Assembly: GCA_003162415.1 (NCBI GenBank)
Contig: PMOL01000011.1
Coordinates: 408,853-472,852, forward strand
Origin: Candidatus Dormiibacterota bacterium
Lineage (GTDB): Bacteria; Chloroflexota; Dormibacteria; Aeolococcales; Aeolococcaceae
Length of the DNA stretch: 64,000 nucleotides
Direction of reading: 5' to 3'
Shown here: positions 8,730-16,774 of the stretch, piece by piece
How positions within the stretch are numbered: position 1 is the first letter of the stretch
Layout of the letters: every line of letters begins with the position of its first letter
The notes under the pieces: model-generated
Database searches by the model: none
Told to the model about the DNA's origin: nothing
What the model saw: only the letters and a program-made list of their open reading frames with translations
Made by a program: the position numbers and the translations under genes

Positions 8730-9494
8730 CTAGCGGCTGAAGAACCAGCGGCGGCGCCTGCCCGCGACGTCCTGCGCGTCGGGCGAGCCGGCTTCGAGAT
8801 CGCTGATGCGACGATCGCGGTCGGCGAGGCGGCGATCCTTCTCGGCCTGGGCAGCCGCATGTTCGGCGCGAGCGGTCTGCAACTCCAGCTGGAGTTGCTT
8901 GACGAGGTTCTGACGGGAGTTCAGCTCCGCCTCGAACCGTTGCCGCTGCTCGGAATAGATGCGTTGCTCGAGGGTCCGCTCCCAGCGGTCGAGGAGACCG
9001 GCGACGAGCTCGCGCGGATCGAGCGAGGTCATCGAGGCCACATCGCGACGCGGCTCGTTCGAGCCGATCTCGATCATCGCTCCGCCCCGACCATGGGCGG
9101 TCGGCGCCTCGGCGGCGAGCTCCTCAGCAGGTGACGGAACGACCTTGTCGGGCCACGACGAGGGCTGTGCGGTGCCGACCACGTCGACGCTGGAGGAAAG
9201 GCCAACCGGTCCCTCGTCATCGAGCGCGGGTGGCGGGGGCGGGGCCGGGGCAGCGGCAGCATTCGTCATCGGGCTCTCGATGCCGAGGTCGCCGAGGCGG
9301 ACCAGGTACCGAACGCCGTCCGGACCTTCCTCGCGTCGCGAGGGGACGTCGCCCGCTTCGACACGCCGAAGCAGGATACCGAGCGGGAGATCCAACCTTT
9401 GCGCCACTTCCTCCACGGGAAGGTATGGCTCGGCACCCGGCACGGTAGTGGTGGCTGCGGGCATGGGTGTCTGCGGCCAGGACATCGCCATCAA
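8730..9494 (-). CDS. HTH-like N-terminus + Pro-rich linker + coiled coil, ending RRRRWFFSR
   Basis: YLPVEEVAQRLDLPLGILLRRVEAGDVPSRR resembles a MerR/excisionase-type HTH; C-terminal heptad-rich EQRQRFEAELNSRQNLVKQLQLELQTARAEH. Confidence 0.6.
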   Translation of the reverse strand: MMAMSWPQTPMPAATTTVPGAEPYLPVEEVAQRLDLPLGILLRRVEAGDVPSRREEGPDGVRYLVRLGDLGIESPMTNAAAAPAPPPPPALDDEGPVGLSSSVDVVGTAQPSSWPDKVVPSPAEELAAEAPTAHGRGGAMIEIGSNEPRRDVASMTSLDPRELVAGLLDRWERTLEQRIYSEQRQRFEAELNSRQNLVKQLQLELQTARAEHAAAQAEKDRRLADRDRRISDLEAGSPDAQDVAGRRRRWFFSR

Positions 9495-9552
9495 GAGTAG
9501 GCGAAACGGTATATGCCGTGGGGAATCGCCGGCGATCCGTTACCCGGTGAGG

Positions 9553-9819
9553 CTAGCGTCCAACGACCTCGATCGCGTACTTCGAGTTGTCGGTGAGCAA
9601 CACGATGCCACCGAGTTGCTCGGTGATCACCGCGCGAACCGGTGATGTTGCGAACACCTCCGGTGCGTCCGCATGTTCGGTCACGGTGCGACGCACCGCA
9701 TAGGGCATTCCGGGTGTTGGCGGCGATAGCTCATCGCCTTCGACGACGTGACCGTCGTCGAGCATCTCGGGACGGCCGTTCCGCGTCGCGATCTTGCGGA
9801 TCCGAACGTGCTCGGTCAA
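9553..9819 (-). CDS. Small hypothetical beta-rich protein
   Basis: 88-aa ORF with TTG start about 10 nt after GGAGG; co-oriented with its neighbours; no family recognised. Confidence 0.5.
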   Translation of the reverse strand: MTEHVRIRKIATRNGRPEMLDDGHVVEGDELSPPTPGMPYAVRRTVTEHADAPEVFATSPVRAVITEQLGGIVLLTDNSKYAIEVVGR

Positions 9820-9936
9820 CCGGGTATCGCCTCCATATCAGTGGAGCGTAGCGATACGCACGGGTTGAAGGTCATTCGGGCGGCGTGGTGTACCCATAGA
9901 ACAGGGGTTCGCCAGGAAAGGCGCGCGCCGGGTCGC

Positions 9937-12687
9937 TCAGCGGTCTCGCTCCACCTGTGCCAGACGCGCATGCGCTGCCGCCATGCGCGCGGCGGGAACG
10001 CGGAACGGCGAGCAGGAGACGTAATCGAGTCCCAGCTCCTCGCAGAGTGCGATGGAGTCGGCGTCGCCGCCGTGCTCGCCACAGATGCCTACGCTCAAGG
10101 ATGGCCGCACGGCTCGGCCCTCGTCGACGGCAAACTTCATGAGCCGTCCGATCCCATCTCGATCAAGGGTCTCGAAGGGATTGCGCGGCAGGATCTTCTC
10201 CTCCACGTAGCGCAGGAGGAACTTGCCCTCCGCGTCGTCACGCGAGACCCCGAAGGTCATCTGCGTCAGGTCGTTGGTGCCGAAGGAGAAGAAGTCGGCG
10301 GACTGCGCGATCTGTCCGGCGGTCAGCGCAGCGCGCGGTACCTCGATCATGGTGCCGACCAGGTACGACACTTTCGTCTTGGTCTCCTTGAAGACCTCCT
10401 GCGCGACCCGGTCGATCACCTCGCGAGTCCTGCGCAACTCCTCGAGCGTTCCGACCAGCGGCACCATGATTTCCGGGCGCACGTCGATGCGCTCCTTCTT
10501 GAGGCTGACCGCGGCCTCGATGATCGCGCGCGTCTGCATCTCGATGATTTCGGGAAAAAGAAGACCGAGCCGGCAACCGCGGAGTCCGAGCATCGGGTTC
10601 TGCTCGTGCAGGCTCTGCACCTCGGCGAGCAGCCTCACCTTGTCGCGGTACGACTTTTCCGGCTTGCCGAGCGCCTGGGCGCGCGTCACCTCGACGAGGA
10701 GCTCCTCGAGGGATGGCAGGAATTCGTGCAACGGCGGATCGATGAGCCGGATGATCACCGGCAATCCGTGCATCGCCTTGAGGATTCCGTGGAAGTCATC
10801 GCGTTGCATCGGGAGCAGCTTCGCCAGCTCGACGCGGCGTTCCTTCTCGTTGGGCGCAAGGATCATCTTCTGCACGATGGGAAGCCGTTCCTGCTGCATG
10901 AACATGTGCTCGGTGCGGCAGAGCCCGATGCCCTGCGCGCCGAACTCGCGCGCACGCACCGCGTCGTGCGGGTAGTCGCCGTTCGCCCACACCTGCAGGC
11001 GCCGGAAGGTATCCGCCCAGCGCAGGATCTCCTCGAGCTCGCCCGAGATTTCGGCGTCGAGCATGGGAACCTGCCCCTGGATGACGTTGCCCGTGGAGCC
11101 GTCGATCGTGAAGGGCTCTCCCTCCTTGATCTTCGTCCCGCCGGCGGTGAACTGGCGCTTGACCAGGTCGACCTGCACCGTCTCGGCGCCGGCGACGCAG
11201 GGCTTTCCCATGCCTCTCGCCACCACTGCGGCGTGCGAGGTCCGGCCGCCCCGTGAGGTGAGCACTCCTTCTGCGGCGATCATGCCGTGCACGTCGTCCG
11301 GGTTGGTCTCGATGCGCACGAGGATGACCTTCTCGCCCTTCTTGGCCATCGTCTCGGCGCGGTCCGCGTCGAACACCGCCTTGCCATAGGCAGCACCCGG
11401 GGACGCGGCGAGTCCGGTTGCGAGCACATGGATCTTCGCCTTCGGATCGATGCGTCGATGCAGGAGTTGATCGACCTGTCCCGGCTCGACGCGGAGCACC
11501 GCCTCGCGCTTGGTGATGAGCCGCTCGCGCACCATGTCGACGGCGATCTTCACCGCGGCCTCGGCGGTGCGCTTCCCACTGCGCGTCTGCAGCATGTACA
11601 GCTTGCCGCGCTCGATGGTGAACTCCATGTCCTGCACATCGCGATAGTGCTTCTCGAGCTTGCGCGCGATCTGCTCGAATTGCTTGTACGCCTTGGGAAG
11701 ATCGGTTGCCATCGCGGCGATCGGCTTCGGCGTGCGGATGCCTGCGACCACATCCTCACCCTGCGCGTTGGTGAGGTACTCGCCGTACAGCTTCTTCTCG
11801 CCGGTCGAAGGATCGCGCGTGAAGGCGACACCGGTCCCAGAGTCGTCACCCATGTTCCCGAAGACCATCGACTGGACGTTAACCGCGGTGCCGAGATCGT
11901 GGGGAATGCGGTTGTAGTTGCGATAGTCGGTTGCGCGCTTGTTGTTCCACGACTCGAACACAGCCCCGATCGCGGCCCGCAACTGGGCCATCGGATCCTC
12001 GGGAAACCCCGTACGTGAATGTCGCTTGACGATCGAGCGGTACTCGACGATCAGCTCCTCGAGCGCCGGTGCGGTGAGATCCGCGTCGGTCTTCGCCTTC
12101 TTGCGCTTCTTGATCCCGTCGAGCGCTTCCTCGAAGAGCTGACCGTCAATGCCAAGCACGATCTTGCTGAACAGCTGGATGAAGCGTCGGTGCGCGTCGA
12201 GCGCGAAACGCCGGTCCTTGGTGAGCGCCGCCAGTCCCTCGAGCGTCGCCGAGTTGAGACCGAGGTTGAGCACCGTGTCCATCATCCCGGGCATCGAGAA
12301 TTTCGCGCCGCTGCGAACGCTGACGAGGAGCGGATTGCGCGGGTCGCCAAAACCCTTGCCGGTGGCTTTCTCGACCACCTTGAGCGACTTCTCGACCTGC
12401 TCCCAGAGTCCCTCCGGGAACTTCGCGCCGCGCGCATAGAAGGCGTTGCACGCCTCGGTGGTGATCGTGAAGCCGGGAGGGACCGGGAGCCCCGCGCGCG
12501 TCATCTCGGCAACACCGGCGCCCTTGCCACCGAGCAGATCGCGCATCGAGGCACTGCCTTCGTCGAAGCGATACACCCACTTGTGGGCGCGAGGCCGCAC
12601 GGCGACGCTCCGCTTCGACCCGCCGCGAGCGGCGGTGGTGCGCGACCACGTTTTCGACGACTTCGTGCCCCGGGTGCTTACCGCCAT
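9937..12687 (-). CDS. ppdK: Pyruvate, phosphate dikinase
   Basis: LLGGKGAG, PVPPGFTITT, VSVRSGAKFSMPGMMDTVLNLG, GGRTSHAAVVARG (phospho-His), GIGLCRTEHMF, FFSFGTNDLTQ. Start set at ATG 12687. Confidence 0.98.
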   Translation of the reverse strand: MAVSTRGTKSSKTWSRTTAARGGSKRSVAVRPRAHKWVYRFDEGSASMRDLLGGKGAGVAEMTRAGLPVPPGFTITTEACNAFYARGAKFPEGLWEQVEKSLKVVEKATGKGFGDPRNPLLVSVRSGAKFSMPGMMDTVLNLGLNSATLEGLAALTKDRRFALDAHRRFIQLFSKIVLGIDGQLFEEALDGIKKRKKAKTDADLTAPALEELIVEYRSIVKRHSRTGFPEDPMAQLRAAIGAVFESWNNKRATDYRNYNRIPHDLGTAVNVQSMVFGNMGDDSGTGVAFTRDPSTGEKKLYGEYLTNAQGEDVVAGIRTPKPIAAMATDLPKAYKQFEQIARKLEKHYRDVQDMEFTIERGKLYMLQTRSGKRTAEAAVKIAVDMVRERLITKREAVLRVEPGQVDQLLHRRIDPKAKIHVLATGLAASPGAAYGKAVFDADRAETMAKKGEKVILVRIETNPDDVHGMIAAEGVLTSRGGRTSHAAVVARGMGKPCVAGAETVQVDLVKRQFTAGGTKIKEGEPFTIDGSTGNVIQGQVPMLDAEISGELEEILRWADTFRRLQVWANGDYPHDAVRAREFGAQGIGLCRTEHMFMQQERLPIVQKMILAPNEKERRVELAKLLPMQRDDFHGILKAMHGLPVIIRLIDPPLHEFLPSLEELLVEVTRAQALGKPEKSYRDKVRLLAEVQSLHEQNPMLGLRGCRLGLLFPEIIEMQTRAIIEAAVSLKKERIDVRPEIMVPLVGTLEELRRTREVIDRVAQEVFKETKTKVSYLVGTMIEVPRAALTAGQIAQSADFFSFGTNDLTQMTFGVSRDDAEGKFLLRYVEEKILPRNPFETLDRDGIGRLMKFAVDEGRAVRPSLSVGICGEHGGDADSIALCEELGLDYVSCSPFRVPAARMAAAHARLAQVERDR

Positions 12688-12813
12688 TCGCCAGACCTCA
12701 TCGTTGTAGTGGATGCGCGCGAGAATGCGCCACGCAAGGCGTGAGCGTAGCATCGGGCCGCCACAACGCCGAACGGCCGCGAGCGCTGCCGCACCCGGGG
12801 CGGACGAACCCGG

Positions 12814-13134
12814 TTACTTGGCCTTCGCGGAGGGCTTCTTCGGGGAGTGGTGTGCCTTGAGCTTGTGCCACTCGGCGCGCTTCGGCGGCTTGGTGACTCC
12901 CGCTTTGTGGAGCGCCGGACCCAGGCGCGACTTCATGAAATCGTCCTGGTCGTCCTGGGTCTCCCAGACCTCGACAACGATCCAGTTGCCGCCACTCGAA
13001 CCGGCCGTGTGGGTGTGGAGTCCCGCCGGCCAATCGCCTTCGCCAGTCTCGCCGTTGACGCCCAGATCCGCGTTGACGGCGTCGTAGTCCGCGGCTGTGA
13101 GTCCCTCGAACTCGAGGATCAACAGTTCAGCCAT
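12814..13134 (-). CDS. Small dimeric alpha-beta-barrel (ABM-like) hypothetical protein
   Basis: GLHTHTAG...WIVVEVWETQDDQDDFM pattern typical of ABM/YciI-type ferredoxin folds; GGGAGAG SD upstream. Confidence 0.65.
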   Translation of the reverse strand: MAELLILEFEGLTAADYDAVNADLGVNGETGEGDWPAGLHTHTAGSSGGNWIVVEVWETQDDQDDFMKSRLGPALHKAGVTKPPKRAEWHKLKAHHSPKKPSAKAK

Positions 13135-13203
13135 CTCTCTCTCCCGTGGGGGGTGTGGGCCCAGCGTGTGGGCCCGCGGATCATGCCAGATGCGCCTGGG
13201 CGC

Positions 13204-14214
13204 TTACAGGATGAGCATGGCGTCCCCGAACTCGTGCCAGAGGTAGCGGCGCTCGCGCACCTCGGCATAGGCGCGTTCCAGCAACCTCGTGTCGAGCAGG
13301 GCGCCAAGCATGTCGAGATGCGTTGCGGGGGGCTCGTGCAGCCCGGTGAGCAGTGCGTCGACAACGTGAAGACGCGTCTGCGGCGTGATGACCAGCCGGG
13401 TCCAGCCGTTCACGGGCTGCACATGACCGTTGCCGTCAACCGCGGTCTCCAGCGTGCGGATGACGCTGGTGCCGACGGCGATCACCCGAGACGCTCGGTT
13501 GATGCACTCGGCGGCGTCCTCACGGACCGCGAAGCGCTCTTCGATGAGTGGCTTGTCCATGTCGACGTCGTCGTCCTGGAACGAGCTCAGCCCGCAGTGA
13601 AGGACGATGTCGGTCACGTCGACCCCGTGGCGGCGCAGTTCGCTGAGCAGCTCCCAGGTCAGGTGGCGCCCGGCCGACGGAGTCTCGACGGAGCCGGGAG
13701 CACCCGCATAGACAGTCTGGTAGTGCTCGAGTGGAACCGGGTCGGGCACGTACGAGTAGCGGATCGGCTCGCCGTCACTGAGCAGCGTCTGCACCGGGTC
13801 GCCGCTTTCGACGGCCATGCGCCAGAGCAGTGGCGCGTCTGCACGTGGTTCGAGGACGCGGAAGCTGAGCCCACCCGGGGCGCGCAGCGTCTCGCCGCGC
13901 TCGAGCGGGACGTTGCGATGCGGCGGCGCGGTTTCCACCGCGAGCGCGTCCCACTCGCCGTTGCGGAGCGCGCCAGGGCGGAGTTGCACAGGCTCGGCGC
14001 CCTCTCGATCGACCCGCAGCGCCGCGGGCAGTGTCCGGCTTGAATTGACGACGAGCAGATCGCCGGATGCGAGGTACTCGCCGAGGTGAGCGACCGACGT
14101 GTGGGTGATCCGACCCGTTTCCCGTTCCACGACGCAGAGCCGCGCACCGTCGCGACGCATGCCCCGCAGCTCGGCGGGAAGCGACGCGCGCAGTTCGCGG
14201 GGCGGGGAGATCAC
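13204..14214 (-). CDS. QueA-like protein (S-adenosylmethionine:tRNA ribosyltransferase-isomerase family, divergent paralog)
   Basis: GDLLVVNSSRTLPA, YQTVYA, VIAVGTSVIRTLE, LLTGLHEP, GDAMLI are QueA-family motifs, but several canonical active-site motifs are altered (see findings). Confidence 0.85.
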   Translation of the reverse strand: MISPPRELRASLPAELRGMRRDGARLCVVERETGRITHTSVAHLGEYLASGDLLVVNSSRTLPAALRVDREGAEPVQLRPGALRNGEWDALAVETAPPHRNVPLERGETLRAPGGLSFRVLEPRADAPLLWRMAVESGDPVQTLLSDGEPIRYSYVPDPVPLEHYQTVYAGAPGSVETPSAGRHLTWELLSELRRHGVDVTDIVLHCGLSSFQDDDVDMDKPLIEERFAVREDAAECINRASRVIAVGTSVIRTLETAVDGNGHVQPVNGWTRLVITPQTRLHVVDALLTGLHEPPATHLDMLGALLDTRLLERAYAEVRERRYLWHEFGDAMLIL

Positions 14215-14927
14215 GCGAGGCTCGCCGCTTCGATCCGATCGGCTGTAGGAAGACGCCCCACCAGCAGCGTGAGCAGCCGCTCGGCCACATCCTCAGGACG
14301 GAGCAGGTCCGCGGGGTTGGCCTCCGGGTCCGCGGCCATGTGCATTGCCGTGTGCATGTCGCCGGGGTCGACACTGATCACGCGCACCTGGGTGCGTTGC
14401 AACTCCGCCGACCAGCTCCGGGTCAGGGCGTCGAGCGCCGCCTTGGAGGCGCTGTAGAGGCCGAGGCCCTCGAACCCGATCAGCGCCGCGTCGGTGCTGA
14501 TGTTGACGACGAGCCCGTGGTTGCGCAGGAGCATCCCGCCGATGACCGCCTGGGTGAGGCGCAGGGGTCCGAGGACATTGGCCTGCAGGACGTGCTCCAG
14601 GGCGCTCGACGGCGCATCGGTGAGCTGCGGCAACGGCAGTGGGCCGAGCTCCGCAGCGTTGTTCACAAGAACGTCGACGCCCCCGAAGCGCTCCAGCGCG
14701 GTGGCCGCGAACCGCTCGACGTCGGTTGCGTCGGCGAGGTCGGCGAGCACCGCAAGCACCTCGACGTTGAGCCCGCGACATTCTTCCGCGACGGCTTCGA
14801 GCGCCTCTCCTCCGCGTGCGCAGACCGCGAGCGTCGCGCCCTCGCGGGCTGCGGCTCGAGCGAGCGCCCGCCCCAGGCCTCGTGAGGCACCGGTGATCAT
14901 CACCGTTGTTCCGGACAGTGTTCCCAT
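14211..14927 (-). CDS. Short-chain dehydrogenase/reductase
   Basis: TGASRGLG, DVLVNNA, YSASK catalytic motif; 4-nt overlap with the QueA-like start. Confidence 0.92.
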   Translation of the reverse strand: MGTLSGTTVMITGASRGLGRALARAAAREGATLAVCARGGEALEAVAEECRGLNVEVLAVLADLADATDVERFAATALERFGGVDVLVNNAAELGPLPLPQLTDAPSSALEHVLQANVLGPLRLTQAVIGGMLLRNHGLVVNISTDAALIGFEGLGLYSASKAALDALTRSWSAELQRTQVRVISVDPGDMHTAMHMAADPEANPADLLRPEDVAERLLTLLVGRLPTADRIEAASLA

Positions 14928-15006
14928 GGGCTCAATCCTGCGCGCGCCGCGGGCCGAGCGCATCCGCCGGACGCCGCAGTCGCGGGTCCGTCATTCGGCG
15001 GACCCC

Positions 15007-15642
15007 TTAGTCCACCAGGCCCTCGCGGATGGCGAGGACGGCGGCCTGGGTCCGGTCCTCCACGCCCAGCTTGGCGAGAACGCGGCTCACGTGGGTCTTG
15101 ATCGTCTTCTCGCCGATGCCGAGCCGCTGGGCGATCTGCTTGTTGGCCAGCCCTTCGACCACCAGGGCGAGGACGTCGCGCTCGCGGGCGGTGAGATCGC
15201 TGTGGGTGGGGCGCTGCGAGCCGCCTCGGCGCATCAGCCGCGCCGCGACCGAGGGATCGAGTGCTGGACGCCCGGCATGCACGTCCCGAATCCCGTCGGC
15301 GAGAGCCTGCGGGTCGACGTCCTTGAGCAGGTATCCGGCCGCGCCGGCCGCCATCGCCGCGAAGATCTGCGCGTCGTCCGCGAAGCTGGTGAGCACGAGC
15401 ACACGCACGCCGGGAGCGACTTCGAGCAACCGGCGGACGGCCCCGATCCCGTCACCCCGGGGCATCACCAGGTCGAGGAGGATCACATCGGGCGCCGACG
15501 TGCTCGCGACCGTGATGGCTTCATCCGCACCGGCAGCCTCGCCGACCACCTCGATGCCGTCCTGAAGGCGCAGAAACGCCCGGAGGCCCTCGCGAACCAC
15601 CGAGTGGTCGTCGACGATGAGCAAGCGGATGGGTGCACTCAT
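15007..15642 (-). CDS. NarL/LuxR-family response regulator
   Basis: LIVDDH, DVILLDLVMP (phospho-Asp), VLTSF, GYLLKD, LTARERDVL...NKQIA...TIKTHVSRVLAKL. Confidence 0.93.
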   Translation of the reverse strand: MSAPIRLLIVDDHSVVREGLRAFLRLQDGIEVVGEAAGADEAITVASTSAPDVILLDLVMPRGDGIGAVRRLLEVAPGVRVLVLTSFADDAQIFAAMAAGAAGYLLKDVDPQALADGIRDVHAGRPALDPSVAARLMRRGGSQRPTHSDLTARERDVLALVVEGLANKQIAQRLGIGEKTIKTHVSRVLAKLGVEDRTQAAVLAIREGLVD

Positions 15643-15646
15643 CGCC

Positions 15647-16768
15647 TCATTCTCTCGGCAGGCTCGCGGTGACGGTGGTCCCGCGGCCTGGACCGGTGCG
15701 GATGTCGAGGCGAGCGCCGATCTCCTGTGCGCGTTCGCGCATGGACACGAGCCCCATCCCGCGCCGGGTGCGCGGCAACGCCTGCAGGTCGAAACCCGGA
15801 CCGTCGTCGCGTATGCGCAGACTCACGGTCTTCGCGCCGGCGCGCAGGGTCACGCGCACTGACGATTCCGGAGCGTGACGCATCGCGTTGTTAAGCGCTT
15901 CCTGTGCGATTCGCAGCAGCGCGTGTTCGGTCTCCAGCGGGAGATGGATGCCCTCCGACGCGTCGACGACGACGCGCGCACCGCTGCTGCGCAACGCCTC
16001 GGCGTGGTCGGCGAGGGTTGCGGCAAGGCCGTCGCGCTCGAGGCTCTTGGGGCGGAGCGCATGCACCAGTCCGCGCAGCTCCTGCAATGCGGATGTGGTT
16101 CGCCGCTCGAATCCCAGGATGGTGTTGCGCGCCTCCTCGTCGCGGGTCGAGAGCGCCGCCGCCCTGGCGGCGAGCACCAGGCTGAACAGCGTCTGCGTCG
16201 CGGCATCGTGCAGCTCGCGCGCGACCCGGTTGCGCTCCTCGATGACCGCAAGCCGTTGCGATTGCGCGTAGAGCTCGGCGTTTGCGATCGCGACACCCGC
16301 ATATGCTGCAAGAGTTTCCAGCCGGCGCGCGTCCGTCATCGTGAAGTGGCCGGAATGGTGTCCGCTGACGAAGAGGTTGCCGCGGACCGCACCCCGGTGC
16401 TTGATCGGCACTCCGAGGAAGTCGGTGAGCGTCGGGTGGTGAGCAGGGTAGTACGAGAAGCGAGGGTGCTCCCGGATGTCGTCGAGCAGGATCGGGCCTT
16501 CTTCGAGCAGGGCGCCGAGCACGCCGTGCGTGCGTGGCAACTCTCCGATGGTGGCCGCCACCCGCTCACTGATCCCCGAGGTCACGAAGCGCGCGAAGCC
16601 GCCGCGACCGTCTGGCACCCCGATGGCGCCATATCGGGCCGAGACCTGGCGGCGCGCGGCTCGGACGATCCGCTCGAGCACCGTGTCGAGGTCCGGTGCG
16701 TCACCGAGGGCGAGCAGGTCGAGCACACCGGCAGCCACCGCATCGGTGTCGCTGCGAGCACTCACCAC
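15647..16768 (-). CDS. Soluble GAF-domain sensor histidine kinase (HisKA_3)
   Basis: GAF with HP...HHP...FLGVPI, ERNRVARELHDAATQ (phospho-His), QEALNNAMRHA, DDGPGFD, GMGLVSMRER; no TM segment. Confidence 0.9.
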   Translation of the reverse strand: MVSARSDTDAVAAGVLDLLALGDAPDLDTVLERIVRAARRQVSARYGAIGVPDGRGGFARFVTSGISERVAATIGELPRTHGVLGALLEEGPILLDDIREHPRFSYYPAHHPTLTDFLGVPIKHRGAVRGNLFVSGHHSGHFTMTDARRLETLAAYAGVAIANAELYAQSQRLAVIEERNRVARELHDAATQTLFSLVLAARAAALSTRDEEARNTILGFERRTTSALQELRGLVHALRPKSLERDGLAATLADHAEALRSSGARVVVDASEGIHLPLETEHALLRIAQEALNNAMRHAPESSVRVTLRAGAKTVSLRIRDDGPGFDLQALPRTRRGMGLVSMRERAQEIGARLDIRTGPGRGTTVTASLPRE

Positions 16769-16774
16769 GTCGTG

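Noticed and set aside
9748-11256. 502-aa plus-strand ORF, and similar long ORFs at 3334-4380, 12847-14043, 15875-17272, 17288-19105, 36686-38269, 41971-43749, 42716-44437, 44294-45508, 47277-48536, 48945-50612, 56899-58218 and 62040-63314
   Set aside because: They are antisense or off-frame shadows of well-supported genes; stop-poor frames are expected in high-GC DNA, and none shows recognisable motifs.
12580-12687. Basic N-terminal extension on PPDK
   Set aside because: It may reflect an uncertain start codon and cannot be assessed without alignment.
13204-14214. Assigning the symbol queA
   Set aside because: Several canonical motifs are substituted and the gene context (SDR, two-component system, no tgt) is atypical.
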